Below, in pieces: positions 48,783 through 61,480 of a stretch of DNA of 64,000 nucleotides. The notes beneath the pieces were generated by a model, which saw nothing but the letters and a program-made list of their open reading frames with translations, searched no databases and was not told where the DNA came from. The translations under genes and the position numbers were made by a program. Origin of the DNA: Marsupella aquatica (lineage: Eukaryota > Plantae > Marchantiophyta); assembly GCA_973895155.1 (NCBI GenBank), contig OZ316898.1:18673292-18737291 (forward strand), in the 5' to 3' direction. Numbering within the stretch: the stretch's first letter is position 1; each line of letters begins with the position of its first letter.

Positions 48783-49394
48783 CATCATTCCCTGCTCATG
48801 TGATTATGGTCTACTAAATTAAATTAAGTTCATTCCATCCTCCGTTTTCTGGCCGTGACTGTTATTCTTGCGGATGTATGATTCTTCCGATTTTGGGTCT
48901 TTGGCCGCAAGGCTACGGCTGACAGTGAGTGTACACATTCCTCCAATCTCTTCTTGCCTCATAGCACTGTTCTGAAATGGATACGAGGAATAATACTTGA
49001 ATGGGTGTGAAGTCACATGTGAGATGCATATAACAGCTGTCATATGGTGGATCCCCAGTATAGTAGGTATCAGGAGGGTTGCAGAGCTATTGTACAATAG
49101 GGAGTGGCAGGAATTAGAACCTAACTATGTACTCTCTCTATGCAGGCATGATAAAATGACCAGCTCTAAACTGCCGAATGTCCTCGTGGTAGAGCTTGTC
49201 ATGGACTCTCAGGGTCCAACGTCCCACTGCTCTGTATGTGCCAAAGCTTGAGATGTAGATTAAGAGCATGTCACATCAGTACAGTTGCAAAGCCATTGAA
49301 TTGGACATCAGAGAAGATCTCATGATAAAATCTCAGTATGATTCTAAGTAAAGTCAAGCAAGTACGAAGACTGACCAGCACGTCCTCCCAAATA

Positions 49395-52300
49395 TCAATG
49401 ACCATGGAGATCGCCCCTCACAAAATTTGAGGATTGACGCCCGTCTAAGATTCGAAATTCGTAATTGATTCTCTCCACCGTAAGGTCTGTCGAAGAAGAG
49501 AGATGAATCGACAAAGCAAAAGAATTGGTAACCACGATGTAAGATTTACAGAAGCCTGAGTGCTAATACAAGCCAGTCTCTGAAGCCTGGGAACTAATAC
49601 AAGCCAGTCTCTGAAAAACTGTTCGTGAAAATTACTACCATCTTGTAAACATTCGTGTTGCCCCCTAATCGATGAAGCTCGTTTGTATTAGAAGTGATCC
49701 AACTCTCCTAGTCTTGGCTCTCAGCCTTAAAGTCTCTGAGGAAGATATCCCAAGAAAACACATCACGTTCTCTGCGAGCACCAAGCTCAATGAATTGAAA
49801 GGAAGTAAACAGTAGTGGAAAACTTGCATAAGTAGTCGCCTTTGCTAATCCAGCTTCTCAGTGACAATACCCATCAGGATTAATTGATCAAAATCCATTT
49901 TACTTGTACAAAGCAACCAGAGTTACCGATCACAAGCTACTGATATAAACCACTCCATCTCAATGGTACCGTCATTTAGAGGTACAACAAATAGCCACAG
50001 GCCAACACTTAAATTCATCATATATTACAAGCAGAGGAAGTCGTTACTATTGAGGAATGGGTGCCCTTGCATTTTCCATTCGCACATATTCTTTATCTTT
50101 ATCTACCACATCCACTGGCTGTGGAAAATGACTTCCTGCATAAGATTCAATGGATGTTTATTAGCAGCATGTCACCACTAAAGGGATTCAATTGCGGAAA
50201 GGATTATTCGATGCATGTCCCAGGAAAGTATGAAACGTATTAAACTTACCCGGAGGTAACATGTTGTGTTCTAGAAATTCTAAGCAGGCTCTGGCGTTGA
50301 CGTCTTTGGCTATCCGTGGGGGTAATGTTCCAGTGAACCTGTTTTCCAATTCATCAGTATCATCTATTATCTACTATCCACAATGTTGCACATCACAACT
50401 TCGAAAAACCGGGTCTCAAAATGTGGGTTCTGTTGCATTCATCTATTAAGGAATGTGTGTGTGGATAGAAAAGGACCCCCAATTTCAAGAGTGTCCACGA
50501 CAAGAGAAAAGTATTCTGCCAGTATTTCATTACTTCGAAGTATAGGGAGCGAGTTTCATACCCCATCCTCTTTGACACAGATTTAAAAATAAGTGGGAAG
50601 TCTGACTGGTCTTGATGAACTGTCCCCTGCAGAACAACACAAAGCATCTCAGCAAGCGGAGTCGAATAAGCATGGACTTCGAAAACCACCTAGTCAGATA
50701 ATAAAGAAAGCTAACTAAGATCTCTAAACTCCCTAATAACCCAAACACCGTCTTCAAAAATTTCCAACTTTCCTTGTCCTGGGCAATGTATTCCGACTTC
50801 TCTACAATATGAAAAATAGCTTTATTGAAATGACGTTATAATTATTATTATAGAGCATGAGTTCAACGGGTGCTGTCAGCCCAAAATTGGAGAATGAACT
50901 TTTGCTCCAGTACCTTGATGGTCATTAGCTCTGTGACGAGAGGACTTTCCTTAGAGCTCGACTCCAGTCTAGCATTTAAAAATACCAAGCGAGCCTCTCT
51001 TAAGGCCTTCCAGTCAAAATTTTCAGTGTTGATGAGTATCATGGGCACTCTTGATGCAGATTTATTGAACTCAAGCTGCAACAAAAATCGTGTCAGATAG
51101 CCATGGAACACGTACAGTCAGAAGATTCACTCTCACATTAAAGCAAGTAACCTGTCGATTCATTGGTACTCCACAGGTGGTCCTGCTTATTTTCACTTCT
51201 TGCCTGTCTATTTTCTTCAAATCTGAAGGGCTATGACGGAGCAACAGCGACTAAAGATGAACACCGTAAAATCTAACAACCGTCAAGCAACTGATAACAG
51301 CTTTACTCATAGAATGGACTTCTGCTCAATTTATGACTAAGTGACGAAAATTTTCCTGACGTTGGGAATTGAGTGGCAAGTTTATTTTTTGAGACGCTAA
51401 ATCTAACTGGGTAAACAGTACAATTAGCTGTTGGAATGTTTCCCGCATATCACTCAAACCTGGAATCCATAGGCCCTCAATTCCAATTTAAAGTGCAAAA
51501 ACTACTTTAGACCAGATCATCAAATTCTAACGGCATTTCAACACAGTCTACTGAGTATGACGGGTACGGAGGGCAATGGACCTGCTAGTTTTCTTGCAAA
51601 GGCGCCCTGGCTATTAAGCTCATGGACCTTCGGCAAACGAAAAATTTACCTTCTGAGATTCCAAAGGCTCCCACCAAACATCCAAGCCCAAACAGCACTT
51701 GAATCGATTGTCAGATGCAGATACCATCACTGCAGTTGCCCCACCAAATGAATGTCCGGCAATTGCCAAGTGATTCATGTCAAGGCGATGTAGCAAAGAT
51801 ATCACATTCAATTTTGTCTTCCCAGTGATGATATTGGAGCCTTGCGTCAAAAGACCCTGGTCGAGGCTTTCGAGGATTGTAACGACCTCACTGATCTCTT
51901 TAGCTCTCTGCGGGTGAATCCAATCAAGTTATATTTGACCGGGAACATGAATTACTGTTGGAACCACTATAAATTTTTGGTAAGCGCTCTAACGACTCCT
52001 AATGAAATTATCTAACATCTGAATTACAAGATTTTTGGTATAAAAATGGAGAGTACTCACATAATTAAGCTGGTCAGCTCGATCATCGACTGTGATGTTG
52101 TTTACAGGTGTTGCTGCAAATGAATAAGGTAGCCATTTCTTCTTTCTATTATGATCAAAATAGCGTGCCATATTTGCCGATCCGTCCAAATGCTCTATCG
52201 CCACGACCACTATCACAAAAACAACACTCATTTCAGACAAAGAAAAAGGTATGTTGGTGTATTTGTATGGGCCTAAAGAAAATTCTATGTTTCACGTCAT

Positions 52301-53527
52301 GCAACAAACACCTCAATGAAAATAAGCATTGATGAAACCAAATTACATCTAAGGCAATAGTTTGGATGATATTGAATCTTTGACGTTATAAAGAACTTCC
52401 CAAGAAAAATCTTGGTCCAATCAAAGAATTGGATCAGATGTAGGCACAATTGCAAAATACAAACCATAACCATGCGAAGCAAGATCACAGCAGAATGCAC
52501 TGTATGTTGTCCGGCAGGCCCACAAGCCATGCGAAAAGATAACCACTGGCAAGTGTGATTCCTCATCCTCCGAGGGTGGAGGCAAGAATGGGCTTCCCAC
52601 AGAAGCATGAATATGTGACCATGGCCATGTCACTGTGTGAATAGTGCCTGACAATTCAAAGGACAAAAATACGAATCAATTTGATTCACCAGTAGCATGG
52701 TTGCAGTAGATGCCTGGCCTGGTGCTATCAATCATTTTAACCTCAACCTACCGCTATCCTTTTGGTTTATAAGCCCAGTGCTTCAAAGCGTTTGCAAACG
52801 ATGAAAAGGAAGCCAAAGGTGGAATGCAGTGGTTAGTGCGTGAACAATAGATTTCACTCCGCAAAAGCTCGAACCGGTGAAGGAATACAGAGTACATCTG
52901 TTAAAATGATTTCAAGGCCCACGGGCTTCTAGGGAGCTTATAAAACCGATCAAATTTAAACAAACTAGAATCAAATCATACTTTCCTACAACAGAGGACG
53001 AGGGGGCTTAAAAGGTAGATATAACTGATCACAAATTCTTTAATCAGAAATCTGAACTTTTTGCAATTCAAACGAGAATTGTTGAGTACGCCAATCATAT
53101 TTTCAAATCTGGCTGTTTGGGTACTTTGGAGAAGACAGTGAAGAAGTGGAAGTATATAGAAGTTAATGTTTGGCGCTAATCGGAATATAAAATAACATAA
53201 TTTGCAAACAGGTTGCAACCAGACAACACAACAGGGTCTGGGGAAGGATGGGGCGCACATACTGGCCATGACCCAGAGGATCATTCGTCGAAATGCACTG
53301 GTGGGAGCAACCATCGCGCAGCAGAAGCCCCATGTGTAATGCAGATTCGGAAGCCAAGCTCGAGATCTAAGCTGCTGCCAAGATCCTGGCTGCTTCGCAT
53401 TCGTGGGGTAGAAAACTCGAAAAGGTGGTGCAAAAGGACTGTCATCGCCTGCCAACTTGTCAATCCTTCGAAGCTCAAAATCTCCAAAGGCCACACTGTA
53501 CTTGCCAAGTGGCTTGGGGAGCCCCAT
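49395..53527 (-). CDS. PAF-acetylhydrolase / Lp-PLA2-like alpha/beta hydrolase, ~420 aa, 8 exons (53527-53263, 52647-52465, 52209-52061, 51907-51650, 51075-50914, 50626-50562, 50338-50250, 49486-49395)
   Basis: Motifs include LPKPLGKYSV, FRVFYP, PVVIFSHGL, YSAFCCDLASHGYVVVAIEHLDGSA, the nucleophile elbow GHSFGG, LGLDVW and GTVHQDQSDF (Ser-Asp-His triad motifs). Splice sites are GT-AG and the exons sum to 1263 nt in frame. The last exon is the least certain. Confidence 0.88.
49551..49614. repeat. 31-bp tandem duplication in the last intron of the hydrolase gene
   Basis: GAAGCCTG.G..CTAATACAAGCCAGTCTCT occurs twice. Confidence 0.8.
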
Positions 53528-54767
53528 CTTCCCTTCCCTGTTGTACCTGCTTTCCTAAGATTGGCTGCCCTTACCTTTCCCAAAGGGTTCCAGACTGAGG
53601 AGCACAACTATGCCTGCCAATTTCACGGATACACAGAGGCTTTTGTTTGCTTCCAGACTTAATTAAAACCTCTCCAAAAGGCAACTGAGCCTGAAATGGT
53701 GTTGGTGGATAATCCTCCGAGGTTCACGAACCCTCCGATCTAGTACTTCGAGTTCCACAGCAGCAACAAAAGATACTTCGACTTGCAGCCACATTCACGC
53801 CTCCCCCACTGCTTGTATAAATGTTCAAAAGGAGAACTGGAAGCGTCAATTTGTAAAGTGCACTAAATACTGCTCATCTTCTGGCTAAGATGATGATTTT
53901 TGGTTCTCCTTGCCAACCGCCAAACAACATACTGCAGAAATCCATTTAGAAACTGGCTCGTCAATGACATTGAATACCTCTCCACGACCAACAGAAAGAT
54001 CAAGTTCCACTATCATGGAAAGGTTTTTATACCTTCGTAATGCTTCGAAAGGAAGCAAAAGGGACCCGCTGCCAACCTTGAAGAACAAAGAAAGTCTGTG
54101 GGAGGGCCGAACGATTAGCTGTGGCTGGAGCTGGTTGACAACCCGTGGAGATTGCCTTGCTTCAGAACGAAGAAACCGGTCTGCAACATCTAAAAAGTTG
54201 ATTGGGTGAGAAGATTATGGCGCCGTACTTCGAGACTCTATGTAGAAAAATAGACCACCATGCAGATGGACTCTCCATTCTTCCAAACCTTGAAAAACGA
54301 GAAAAATGTGAAGAAATTCAGGCACGCACAGAGGAGGAGAAAACAGTCACTATCACTCTTTGCGATGAGGGGAAGGACCACCTTACGACTCGGGGAAATC
54401 CGTCGTCAAGAAATTAGCGAACCCTCGCACCAAATGCCTGTTGCTGCCCGATCACCTTCTCGTCTGCGAACGCATCAGCTTTTCCGAATTCGATACCTAT
54501 CACTCTTCTCATAGCCTTGCATATGACGTGGATCGAAATCAAAATCAAAATCGATGCGACCTCTCCAGAGAGTGTTGCAGCCTGAGAAGTCCTCAGAGAA
54601 CAGAGGCGAGGGCGCTTTGAATTCAGATGCATCTATTTGACTCAGCATGTATCAAACCCAAAGTGTTGAGGGATAATTGCAGGAAATTTGCGTCTTTCGT
54701 AGGCTCAAAGTTGTGTTTCCAAACGCCGCCGCTCAAATGCGAATGGCAGCTGGCGCTCTCCAGATTC

Positions 54768-55018
54768 CGACGGGTCAATTGCTGATCTCATGATAGACAC
54801 GGTAAGGCCTTCGCCATTCAGGACTGAGAAGAGGTGGTGGCTCCTCCCTTTGTCGACAGATAGAGGCGCTCTCACTTGGAAAGGAAGCATGGAAGACGGG
54901 TCAATTGCTGATCTCATGACAGACACGATAAGGCCTTCGCCATTCAGGACTGACAAGAGGTGGTGGCTCCTCCCTTTGTCGACAGATCGAGGCTCTCGCT
55001 TGGAAAGGAAGCATGGAA
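54768..55018. repeat. ~125-bp tandem duplication upstream of the hydrolase gene
   Basis: GACGGGTCAATTGCTGATCTCATGA...TTGGAAAGGAAGCATGGAA occurs twice with few differences. Confidence 0.9.
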
Positions 55019-55974
55019 GGAAGGTTGGATATGGCGCATGCCCACAGCTCTGCCCAGGCCAGGCCACACTCCGAAACGTGGCAGAGAGGACACATAAAAA
55101 CGGAGACAGGGCTAAAGTTTTTCCGTTGCTTAGCTCATTATTGGCACAGGTGTTGCGCGTGTAATGGAGGGTTGATGCACGTCGTCCAATTCGAGTTCTG
55201 AATCCGAGATCAGGCTCTGTAACTCGACAAACCTTTCAGGTCTCGACTCCAGTGGTGACGTAGGAGAATAAAGTAGTTTTTATCTGCTGAAATGCGTTTT
55301 TGTACTCCATGGCGTGTGCAGAGTATCTCATTGGTGCTTTCTAATGATAAGCGGATGAGCAGCCAATTCCTTCCTGTTGCTGACATCCCATCCGTGTCCG
55401 CAATTTGAGTAAGATCAGTAACTTCTTCTCTCACAAAACGATGAACATAAATGCAGCCTAATCCCTGAAAACCAGGAGCTGTTCTATGCCTCAAAGAGCC
55501 GACTTGTGAACTCCCTCGGCACCCCGAGCAGTGAAGTGGACATAAGATAATGGGGCACCACAGGCGTTCAAGAGAAGCCCAACTACAATTTCTACCATCA
55601 TGTTGTGAGCCGCCGGTAAGCCTAGTAACTTGCATGAGGAATGAGTCAACAGAAGGCGGCCATTCCAGTGAACAGGTGTAAGTTCACGGAAGTCGCTTTG
55701 TACATTTTAGTAATCGCTTTCTCTGCTTCTACTAAGTAACAGTTTCCCTTTTTTTACAATCGCTTTCTATGTTTCTACGATGCAACAATTCCTCTTCACA
55801 AGCACGTGATGCTTGCAGAAGTCGCACCGAAAGAGATGACTGTGGGGACTTGGAAACAAGGCACCGCAATGGAATATATTCTTAATGTGAGGGACTTGGG
55901 GGACATTGGAAACAACCACCATTTAAATACTCCGAAAATGGCGCTCCACAAGTTCGTAGTCAATCATGTAAAGT

Positions 55975-56122
55975 GCTTCAAGTCTCCGATCCAATGCATG
56001 GAGTCATGGACTGTCCTGCAAAGCGCTTCAAGTCTCCGTTCCAATGCATGGACTCTCCTGCACATCCTCACGTCACTGCTTAGGTCGAATCCCACATCCT
56101 CACGGCACTGCTTAGGTCGAAT
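55975..56122. repeat. Two adjacent short duplications (~30 bp each)
   Basis: GCTTCAAGTCTCCG.TCCAATGCATGGA.TC occurs twice, and CACATCCTCACG.CACTGCTTAGGTCGAATC occurs twice. Confidence 0.8.
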
Positions 56123-58413
56123 CCTCGTGGATACGGGAGACTTAAAAACAGCGCCAATTAGGGTATGAGGTTGAACTCTTGGTACAATGAGCTTACGGGA
56201 GCCTCCACGGCCGTGGCTCAGTTCCAATCTTAGGTCTGAAGCCCATAGTGTTCGTCGCCTTTTCAAGGTTAGATGTAGTATACACTAAGTCGTGAGCTAG
56301 TTTTCTTCCGTGACAAGTCCCTCGTTTGCGTTCATCAAGGGCATGAGCATTTCTCCTGGTAAAGTCTTCCTTGTGTGAGTGGTTTGGCCCGCATCTGCGT
56401 ACTTAAAACAGTATAAGAGAAGCAAAATGTAAGGCGATGAGCTAGTGAGCCTCAACCACTGGAGATTGGGTGTCGAGGTTTATGCATTGGGGTTCGTGGA
56501 CAACTGTGTCAGATATCATCTGTCACATACTTTCGGGTGTGAACACCTGAATCGATGGCACAAAGCACGTGCCTACTGTACTCCGTTCATATCCAGGCAC
56601 TAATTAATTAAAATCATCCATGCAAAGTCTGGGTAACATCTGGACAGGTCAATTTAGGATGGGCTCTTCTGTTACGTGTGCATGCCTGAGGACAATGGAA
56701 TAATTTTTCGTGGACATTTTCATTTGTCAGTTCTGTATTTAGTTGTTTCGAGATAGAGCCGGGGCCGCTGGATAAGTTCCCGAATAAGCAGAGTGCGTCC
56801 TGCCATAATAAACAATTTTTTAAGTTACTGCCAGTTTTCTTGAGTGGGCTCTTGGTGGGCCTGTTTGCTCGATGGTTTACTCGGATAGTGGCGTACATCG
56901 GACCGGTGGTAGTCAATTAACCGGTTACAACTAAGTGAACTGCATGTAAAGTTTAGTTGCACATTTAATGTACATCAAATTGCAGGAGTATCAAAGAGAA
57001 CTGAGAACAGCATGGTCTATCCCAAAGAGTAATAGCAACGACGTCGCTCTCCAGGGCTATGGAATATGCGTTTCTAACCGGAAGCATACAAACAAGTGTC
57101 TGCAGCCATCAACGATTCATTGCTATCTGACGTTCACGTAGGATTATACGACATCTCAGGCTCTGAAGAACCCTGTCGCTCCGTGGCGTAAGAGCTAACA
57201 TCCAGCCAAGGATGCCTTGCTCCCGTCATTAAATCGCACAAAGCAGAGGGCTCTAGATCAACGTCTCAACGTCTCAGCGACCTCCTTCAATGAGTCGGAG
57301 ACAATGATGCGGACATTGGACAGGACTTGTGAGCTAATCACATTACACACGTCGTCGTTGCAAGTCTTCGGAGAAAGTAACCATTCTCATCTCTTCGTGA
57401 GGAGCATCAGAGATCAAGATCGTCAAATGAACAGGAGGGCATGGGGGCCAGTGCACGTACCCCCCACTCGGCGTAAGTGCTCTGGTACCCACAACCTCAG
57501 TTCAACTTCAAAGCGGTTGCCCACATCAGCACAGAAGCCCGTCCACAATGTTTCCGTGCAGGCTGGATCCACAAGGACATACCAACGACAAGAGTGGCAA
57601 AAACTTAAAACTAACGACTAGACCCAATCTGGAGACTCAGATCTACAAGTCTGAAAGAAAGACCACTGGAAGATTCAATGCGACGATACTCAAGCAGACG
57701 TGACAAAAATAGAGCAAGGAACAGATTAACAAACGAGCGAAGTACAAAACCCACCCGGCCGCAGATGAGAGCAGTCAAAGAGAACGACTTCGTGCCCAGC
57801 CCAAGGTAACCGAAATCACCACAATACAGGAAGCTGACAGACTCGGTTCATCACAACGCATGCAGCAGCGAGACGTGCTTCAGAGGAGGACAACCACGAC
57901 CTCTTACAAAGCAGCAACGTGATCAATAAACGACGACAGAAACCTTCACTAACAAACGAACCCAGAGTAGACACGATGCAAGAAGACTGCATACCCAGCA
58001 GAGCACCACCAAAGCTCAAACAATGCACGGGCTTCAATCTCAGCTACGCCGAGCCGAAGAGGGAATGAGAAGCTTGGTTGGAGAGAACGAGCTTGCAAAT
58101 TCTTATAGTGGAAAAAAGGCGGAGTCTCTTGTTGGAGTGTTCTGGAAGAAGAGCACGGGCGTTAGGGTTTCACGGTCGTGGGTCGGTGAGTCTCAATCGC
58201 TCGGTGCCCGCCATTGATTTGGAGGAGGTCAGGAGGAGGCGGCAGGCATGGAATTGCTGCCATGCTGCGAGGAGCGCGAGGCGACCCTTCCGTTACGCCG
58301 ACCGTCAACAAGGGCGGCGAACGTCGTTCTACTACTGTGGTGGGTGGATTTGAGACGCCCTCTTCACTAACCACGTCCGTCACCAAAGGTCCAAAGCTAT
58401 GTGACATTTATTG

Positions 58414-58546
58414 GAGGTATTTGCTTGATCAACCCCAAAATGAAACTTGTTATTTGATCAACCCCCTCAGAGATTGAAGGAGAAAAGTATGGAGGGGTTG
58501 ATTAAGCAAACTTTTTCCAGAAGGGGGTCTACTAAATATATGTCTC
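58414..58546. mobile_element. Mutator-like MITE (133 bp) with perfect 9-bp TSD
   Basis: CATTTATTG flanks it at 58405-58413 and 58547-58555. It has GAG...CTC termini and imperfect ~55-bp inverted arms. A 9-bp TSD with G..C ends is characteristic of MULEs. Confidence 0.75.
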
Positions 58547-59026
58547 CATTTATTGTGTAAAATTAATAGGGGTCTCAAAACTGGACCATAGGCCAAAGAC
58601 GCCCGTGACCATAGCTATGTGACAACATTGTGTAAAAATAGGGGTCACAAAAGTGGAGCATTGACAGAAGATGATGCTACCAACGCTATGTGACAGTATT
58701 GTGGAAAAATAGGGGTCACAAAATTGGAGCATTGACCAAAGATGATGCTACCAAAGCTATGTGACAATATTGTGGAAAAATTGGGCGCCTCAAGACTGTA
58801 ACATATTTTTTTATTTTATTTTTGGAAAAAAGGGGTGCAGGGGCCGTCAATAACATGCAAGGGGGCGAAGGCCACCCAAGAAGGAAACAAACAGGGCCCA
58901 ACCCCCGGGCAGACAAACCCACCACCAGCCACACACTAATCACTCAAAACTGTAACAAAGACCAAAGACTCCTGGCACCAATGCTTTGTCACACTTATTG
59001 TGAAAAATAGGAGTCTTCAAACTGGA

Positions 59027-59266
59027 GAGGTACTTGCTTGATGGACCCCTAAAATGAAAAGTGTTATTTCATGGAACCCTGAGTTTTGGGGTATGTTCAT
59101 TTAAGGTCCATCAAGATGAGGTACTTATTTGATGAACCTGAAAAATGAAAAGTGTTATTTGTTGAGAACCCTATTTTTGCGTATGTTGATTTAAGATCCA
59201 TCAAGGTCTATTCAGGGTCCATCAAGTAACATTTTTCATTTTGGAGGATGATCAATCATATAACTC
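59027..59266. mobile_element. Second Mutator-like MITE of the same family
   Basis: The left end GAGGTACTTGCTTGATGGACCCCTAAAATGAAA resembles the 58414 element, and the inverted right arm ends ...TAACTC. The TSD is degenerate (CAAACTGGA / CAACAGTGGA). Confidence 0.6.
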
Positions 59267-60884
59267 CAACAGTGGACCATAGACCAAAGATGCTGTAAGC
59301 AAAGCTATGTGACAATATTCTGGAAAATAAGGAGTCTCAAAACTGGACCATAGGCCAAAGACGTCTGTGACCAAACCTATGTGACAATATTGTCAAAAAA
59401 TAGGGGTCACAAAATTGGAGCATTGACCAACGATGCTGCTACCAAAGCTATGTGACAATATGTGGAAAATTCGGGGGGAAGAAGCACTTGCCTTTTTTAT
59501 TTAAGCATTAATTGTGTGATCTATATCACCCCGAGTACATGCGAGTATACCTACGAAGGACACCCGGTGCCCAAGAATTTAGGGCCTATGGCTTCACTCT
59601 TAGAAGTAGTCATGAAAAAGTAGACTTTGATAGTAAATTAGAGTAAAGATAGGTCATCAACATTTTCTTGGGCCCACTGTTTGTCATGTGGACACCATAC
59701 CTGAATGGCCCAAGGTATTGTAAATCCAACTATAGCCATTTCAATTCATTCTACGGGTTTAATCTGAGAGTGAATAAAATTAAGCAATAGGCTAGCATTT
59801 AGTAAAGCTACCCCAAAATGAGTGACAAAAGGCCATCAAAGTCCATAAAGGCAATATGGATGGAAGTGCCCCCTTGAAATCAGGAAAGGAATCACAAAAT
59901 AGCCCTTTAAAAAGATTTTTGCTATTTTTAAGCCAACAAATTAAAGGCTTGATGGGCCCCGGAATTGAAAAAGACTCCAGGTGAAGCCGTTCTTTTTTGG
60001 AAGGGACTGTCTGCCACCCTTTCCCACTCCCTTCCATTCGCTCTGGGCCGTCCATCCAAGGAGGTCCCTGATCATGCACAAAGTTTTTGGGTAATAAACA
60101 CACTAGAAAACAAGGAATTTTTTAGAAAGTATTTTCCTACCCCTAGCTCTTTAACTCTTGTAGTTCTAAGACTCAAATTCAAATGACCCCTACTGTTCTT
60201 CCACTAATCCCAATAGAAAACCTTATACTTATTTGTGCATGATGGGCAAGTCTACTCTTTGCTTAGACACATTGCAAAACAAGAACAGCCCCTCCGGCTC
60301 TAACCCTAGCATTAGCCAATGTAGCAAATGGATCAGGCTATATTTTCAGATAGGCATAGTCCTGTTGGTACCCCAACACAATTTATCCCTACCCTCAAAT
60401 ACCCCCAAATACCCTATCCACAGAATACTATCCCATTCATGACTTCTCTCTTGTTCAGTCAAGTAGGCCTTTGCTCTTATGGGCTCGGTTGTTGTGTGTT
60501 TTGTTACACCCTCACACTCAGGTTTGACAATTTCTGGGTTTCTTGATAATTGTAGACTATGGTGACAAGTTGGCTTTGGCCTAAATATAGGTAGTTGTCT
60601 TTTATTACTCAAAGTGTCTTACAAGGATCAATAATTACTGAAAGTGAGAGGGAGTGTCAACACTTGTTTGGTCAAGTCTGGTTAATCCTAGTCTTTCCTC
60701 TGTCTTGGGGCTTGCATGTGAGGGTCCTGAAATAATGGGCCCTACTTGTGATGAGGTGGAACCAGTGGACTGATCAAGACTTCCTGCCTCAACCCCCTCT
60801 TGAGCCAGTCCTCACGGCTCAACAAGTGCACTATTGAGGGCAAGGGCCACAACGTCTCCGGCCCTTACTGTCCCGACCTTGCAA

Positions 60885-61113
60885 TCTACAACTATAATAA
60901 GGGATTCCGCCATTTTTCGTCCTTTGTCCCCATACAAAAAAGCTTCTGGGCGGGAAAGATCCACCGCCGTTTGATTAGCTATTTTTGCTCACCATTGATG
61001 AGAGAAATGTACACCCCTATCACGTATTTGCTTCCCGCTGCCCCGTAATGCCCCCGGCCAATCCCTATGGGCCTGCCCTCCTTGCACAGTGCAAAGCACT
61101 GGCATAGGGCTCG
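60885..61113 (+). mobile_element. Mini-Helitron candidate (~229 bp)
   Basis: The 5' end reads A|TCTACAACTATAATAAGGG. The 3' end has the hairpin CAGTGC-AAA-GCACTG followed by CTCG|T. It sits between A and T with no TSD. Confidence 0.5.
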
Positions 61114-61480
61114 TCTCATATAAAACAAAATGAAATACTTGCCTTAGCCAATTGTGTGCAGGTTTTGTATGTCACATTTTGCAGACAATTCAGGAGTCGT
61201 AAGGGCCGCAGTTTCGAAGACGATGGCACATCATGCAAGACAGCCCTTGGTCCTGCTCGTTGTTGTTTTCCCAGGACCATGGGTTATTGTGGATATAACA
61301 GGACATAATGGGCCATAATGCCAGTAATTTTGAGGAGCTATTATTGCCTGTAATGCCCTCACAAAAGGACGTTAATACTCTAAAAGGCCTACGAGCTTCT
61401 ACAATCTTTAGTACTTTTTTAGTGAAAGTAGACGAGAAGCTTTATAATGCCCGATCCAAATCTGGAGTGTGTATAGGATA

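Larger units (their letters stand above)
58385..59470. repeat. ~68-bp minisatellite array (CCAAAGCTATGTGACAATATTGTGGAAAAATAGGGGTCACAAAATTGGAGCATTGA...), interrupted by MITEs
   Basis: About 8 copies of the unit lie between 58390 and 59470. Confidence 0.85.

Noticed and set aside
58385-59470. CRISPR-like array (also considered for 20618-20930 and 5581-5880)
   Set aside because: The units are contiguous degenerate repeats without unique spacers, there are no cas genes, and the context is eukaryotic.
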